Below are positions 61,265-64,000 of a stretch of 64,000 nt of DNA, piece after piece. Both the position numbers and the translations under genes were made by a program. The notes beneath the pieces are model-generated. The model was given only the letters and a program-made list of their open reading frames with translations. It did not search any database and had not been told where the DNA came from. Origin of the DNA: Azolla caroliniana (taxonomy: Eukaryota > Plantae > Polypodiophyta); the NCBI GenBank assembly GCA_043228905.1, contig JBHGNT010000014.1, forward strand, positions 18,662,001-18,726,000. The letters are read 5' to 3'. How positions within the stretch are numbered: the first letter of the stretch is position 1; every line of letters starts with the position of its first letter.

Positions 61265-62402
61265 TTGACACAGTTCCATTCAGAATTTGCATTAGAGTTT
61301 CAAGATGAGTTATATATACTTTTGAATTGTGATGAATTTCATGATTTGTTTTTTTTGGGAATCCTCAGCTTTTCATCAATGTCCATAAACGATCTCAATA
61401 AAGAACTAATAGAAAACAAAGTTTGAAACTCATTTAGTTTTCATAAATGTGAACGTGCTCTCATTCAAGACTAAGTCAGAGACATTAATATATTTGAAGC
61501 CTTCAGATCTTCATTGATTATTCCAGAACCAGTCTATTAGTTAAATGGTGTTCCATATTTTTAGCAGCAATGGGTCCCTGTTTACCTGTTTGACGATCAG
61601 ATTGAATGCAGGCTATGATATTCACGAGTGGGAGCTCTTCAACATTCAGTTTGCTTGGAACGAGATCAGAAAGACACATCATTAAATTCAAACAAACTTC
61701 TTAAATCTTACTCGATGTAAGAATCTACCCTTTCCATAAATTTACATCTCTCATAAATTTATTACGAACCAAAGACCTCAGATTGATTGCATTTTGTAAA
61801 TGCTCGGAAATAGAAATAGAATAGTTAGAACCATATATCATCATACTTTATTTTATTGGGAAAAATGTTCTACACAGCAAGAATCATAGTGGCCATTCCA
61901 CTGCTTAGAAGATGATGGCACACTACTTATTGAAGCCTTCAACAAAGTTAAGCAAAATTTTCTTATATATATTTATAGCAAAACAATACTGAATTAAAAT
62001 CGCCATGGCTATCCTGATGTCCTTTTTGTGTCTTTGTTTTTCATTTCCTCGACATAGCTCAACGTTGAGTAACCGAAGAATATATAACTTATGATCACTG
62101 ATATTTATGTCGCAAAAAACTCAACTCTATACACTGGTCTTACAAGCAAGAACAATGCCAGGAAGCCGACATTGATATATATATAACACATATATATAGG
62201 TTGGTGTATAAACATATAACTTGAACTTAATAAAATCATGACCTGAACCTATTCTCTCTGCCTTGCAGGAAAATAACTTCTTAACCTTTGATCTGAACCT
62301 TTGATTGGATGAAAACTTCATACTTACCTTTCCTAAGCTTTTTCTCTGCTTCAGCCACACTATTATTCGGGGTTTTTCTGATGCGAGATATTATAAAATT
62401 GC

Positions 62403-63980
62403 TTATGATAAATACTTAGATCCTCTATTCGATCTCCATGCCTTTGGAAAATAGACAACTCGATTATTACTATCTAAAGAATTGGCCTTTCCAACAACAT
62501 GGTTCTTCTCACTCTCTGTTGCAATACATTGCTTCAAATGTCTTAATTGCTGTAGGCATTGCTTTGCTCTCACTTGGTCCCTCCATGGTGTTGTAGTTTT
62601 ACCTTGAATGTATAGATCGTTCGCACTCCTCTCATAAGGAGACATCCACTTTGCAGTCATATACTCAAGCGTTCTCCAAGGAGGAAGGGGCATTAAATTC
62701 TGCTTCAACGATAATTTTGCAGCTTCAGCCATAACTTGCAAGGTTTGTTTCAGCTTTTCTGCTGATCCAACAAAAATAACTGGTAAAAGCTTTAATGCTG
62801 CTGCGTAAGAATGTGTGGGTCGAGCTATCTCAAATTGGCTTAAAAAATCCACATCCACAATCAATCGATCTTGATCGATACTCAATGTATTCTTTTCACT
62901 GTCCAAGCAAACATCAATATACTCATACTCACCTGAGTGATTCAACATCAGAAAGAGGTTAATTCTTTGTTTAATCTCCATATCAATCTCAAAGACACTC
63001 AAGAAAAGAACTAGCAATGGACACTGTAATATCCAGCAACAAAGAACTAGCAAAGTTTAGAGACTATGAAAATAGAATAAAAAAGAAAGCATGATCTATA
63101 ACAATCAACACAACTGGTAAAAACTAAGAGTTTTTGAAAATATAATAGCGATGGAAACTGTGCTTAGGCACTTACCCCGTGGTAATTTTCCTGAGTTAGA
63201 CCACTTTGAACTGCAAATGGCAGCATCACATCCTGAAAGTCTGAGGTGTTTTACAAATAAGCGACGTATACATCCTCCATTGCATTCTGTGCCTTTCTTG
63301 TTACATATCAAATCAATCTCTTTTATGGAGAGGGAAAGCATCGTAAGAGTACTTAGAAGCTCTCTTTCTGCAGGAGTAGAATTAGATTTCAGTGCCTGAA
63401 GCATAGAAGAATCACAATCAGTGCCTGAAGCAAGAAACAAAAAAGTGAAAGGAAAACTATGTTCTACATGAATAATAGCACCTAGTTTAAGGTTCCTGAC
63501 TCTACAAACAAGTCCTTTTTGATGAAAACTAAATTCCCTATTCTATACAAAGAATACAAACAAGTCTTTTTTAATGAAAACGAAATTCCCTATTCTATGT
63601 AGCATTCCAGAAGATACAGAACATTTCTTTTTTCTCTTTTCTGCATGAAGAAACAAAATAAGTACCTGAAGAGTCTCAAAAAGCTTTGGTCCATTAGTGA
63701 TGCCATTCTCACCATCACTACTCTCTGGAAAATCTGATCCATAACTTCCATTCTCCATGAAATCATGTACCATGGCTGCCAAGTCATGTTCGCTTTCAGC
63801 ACTTCCATGAAGGTCGGATGGGAATTCTAAAGCAAAATGGCAATTATCCTTGTTGTGAACCTGGTCATTGTGATTTATTAACAAGTGGTTATTGTGTTGA
63901 TTAATTCTTGGTTCTTCTGGCAAATCCAAGGTTGTCTCATTCACATCGTATCTAACAGTAGTTAGGTGATTCAGTGGCAT
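62403..63980 (-). CDS. Plant-specific DUF506 (PDDEXK-like, TIGR01615-type) protein, 3 coding exons
   Basis: Exons 63980-63666, 63395-63176 and 62932-62403 (GT-AG, in frame). Motifs DLAAMVHDFME, LRLSGCDAAICSSKW, GEYEYIDV, RLIVDVDFLSQFEIARPT..Y..LP.IFVG, AAKLSLKQNLMPLPPWRTLEYMTAKW. Confidence 0.94.
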
Positions 63981-64000
63981 ACGCCTGAAGTCTGTAGATC

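Noticed and set aside
63504-63598. ~45-bp duplication in DUF506 intron 1
   Set aside because: Ordinary local intronic duplication with no evident function.

Overview
AT-rich, intron-containing eukaryotic genomic DNA from a land plant. A non-seed plant such as a fern is my inference from gene style and the TE spectrum (Tcn1-like chromovirus, RTEX-like LINE). I reconstructed six spliced or single-exon genes by hand: a PITHD1-like PITH-domain gene (-), a GPI-anchored arabinogalactan peptide (-), an RSZ-type SR splicing factor (+), a small gene of unknown function with a transit-peptide-like N-terminus (+), ARIA (ARM+BTB, 19 coding exons, +) and a DUF506 gene (-). Between them lie decayed L1 and RTEX-like LINEs, a chromodomain Ty3/Gypsy element, a solo LTR, a Mutator-type MITE, tRNA-like SINE heads, a ~1 kb foldback and many simple repeats. 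The most striking observation is in the RSZ gene. Its normally single RS-domain exon (ending ...NG) is amplified into eight intact, frame-preserving, phase-2/phase-2 cassette exons in two duplication series, a potential combinatorial or tunable RS domain. The second is a nested cluster in which two unrelated LINE families repeatedly insert into (CT)n/(GA)n microsatellites on opposite strands, apparently splitting the chromovirus 5' LTR. Exon coordinates were read by eye and are not supported by transcript data.
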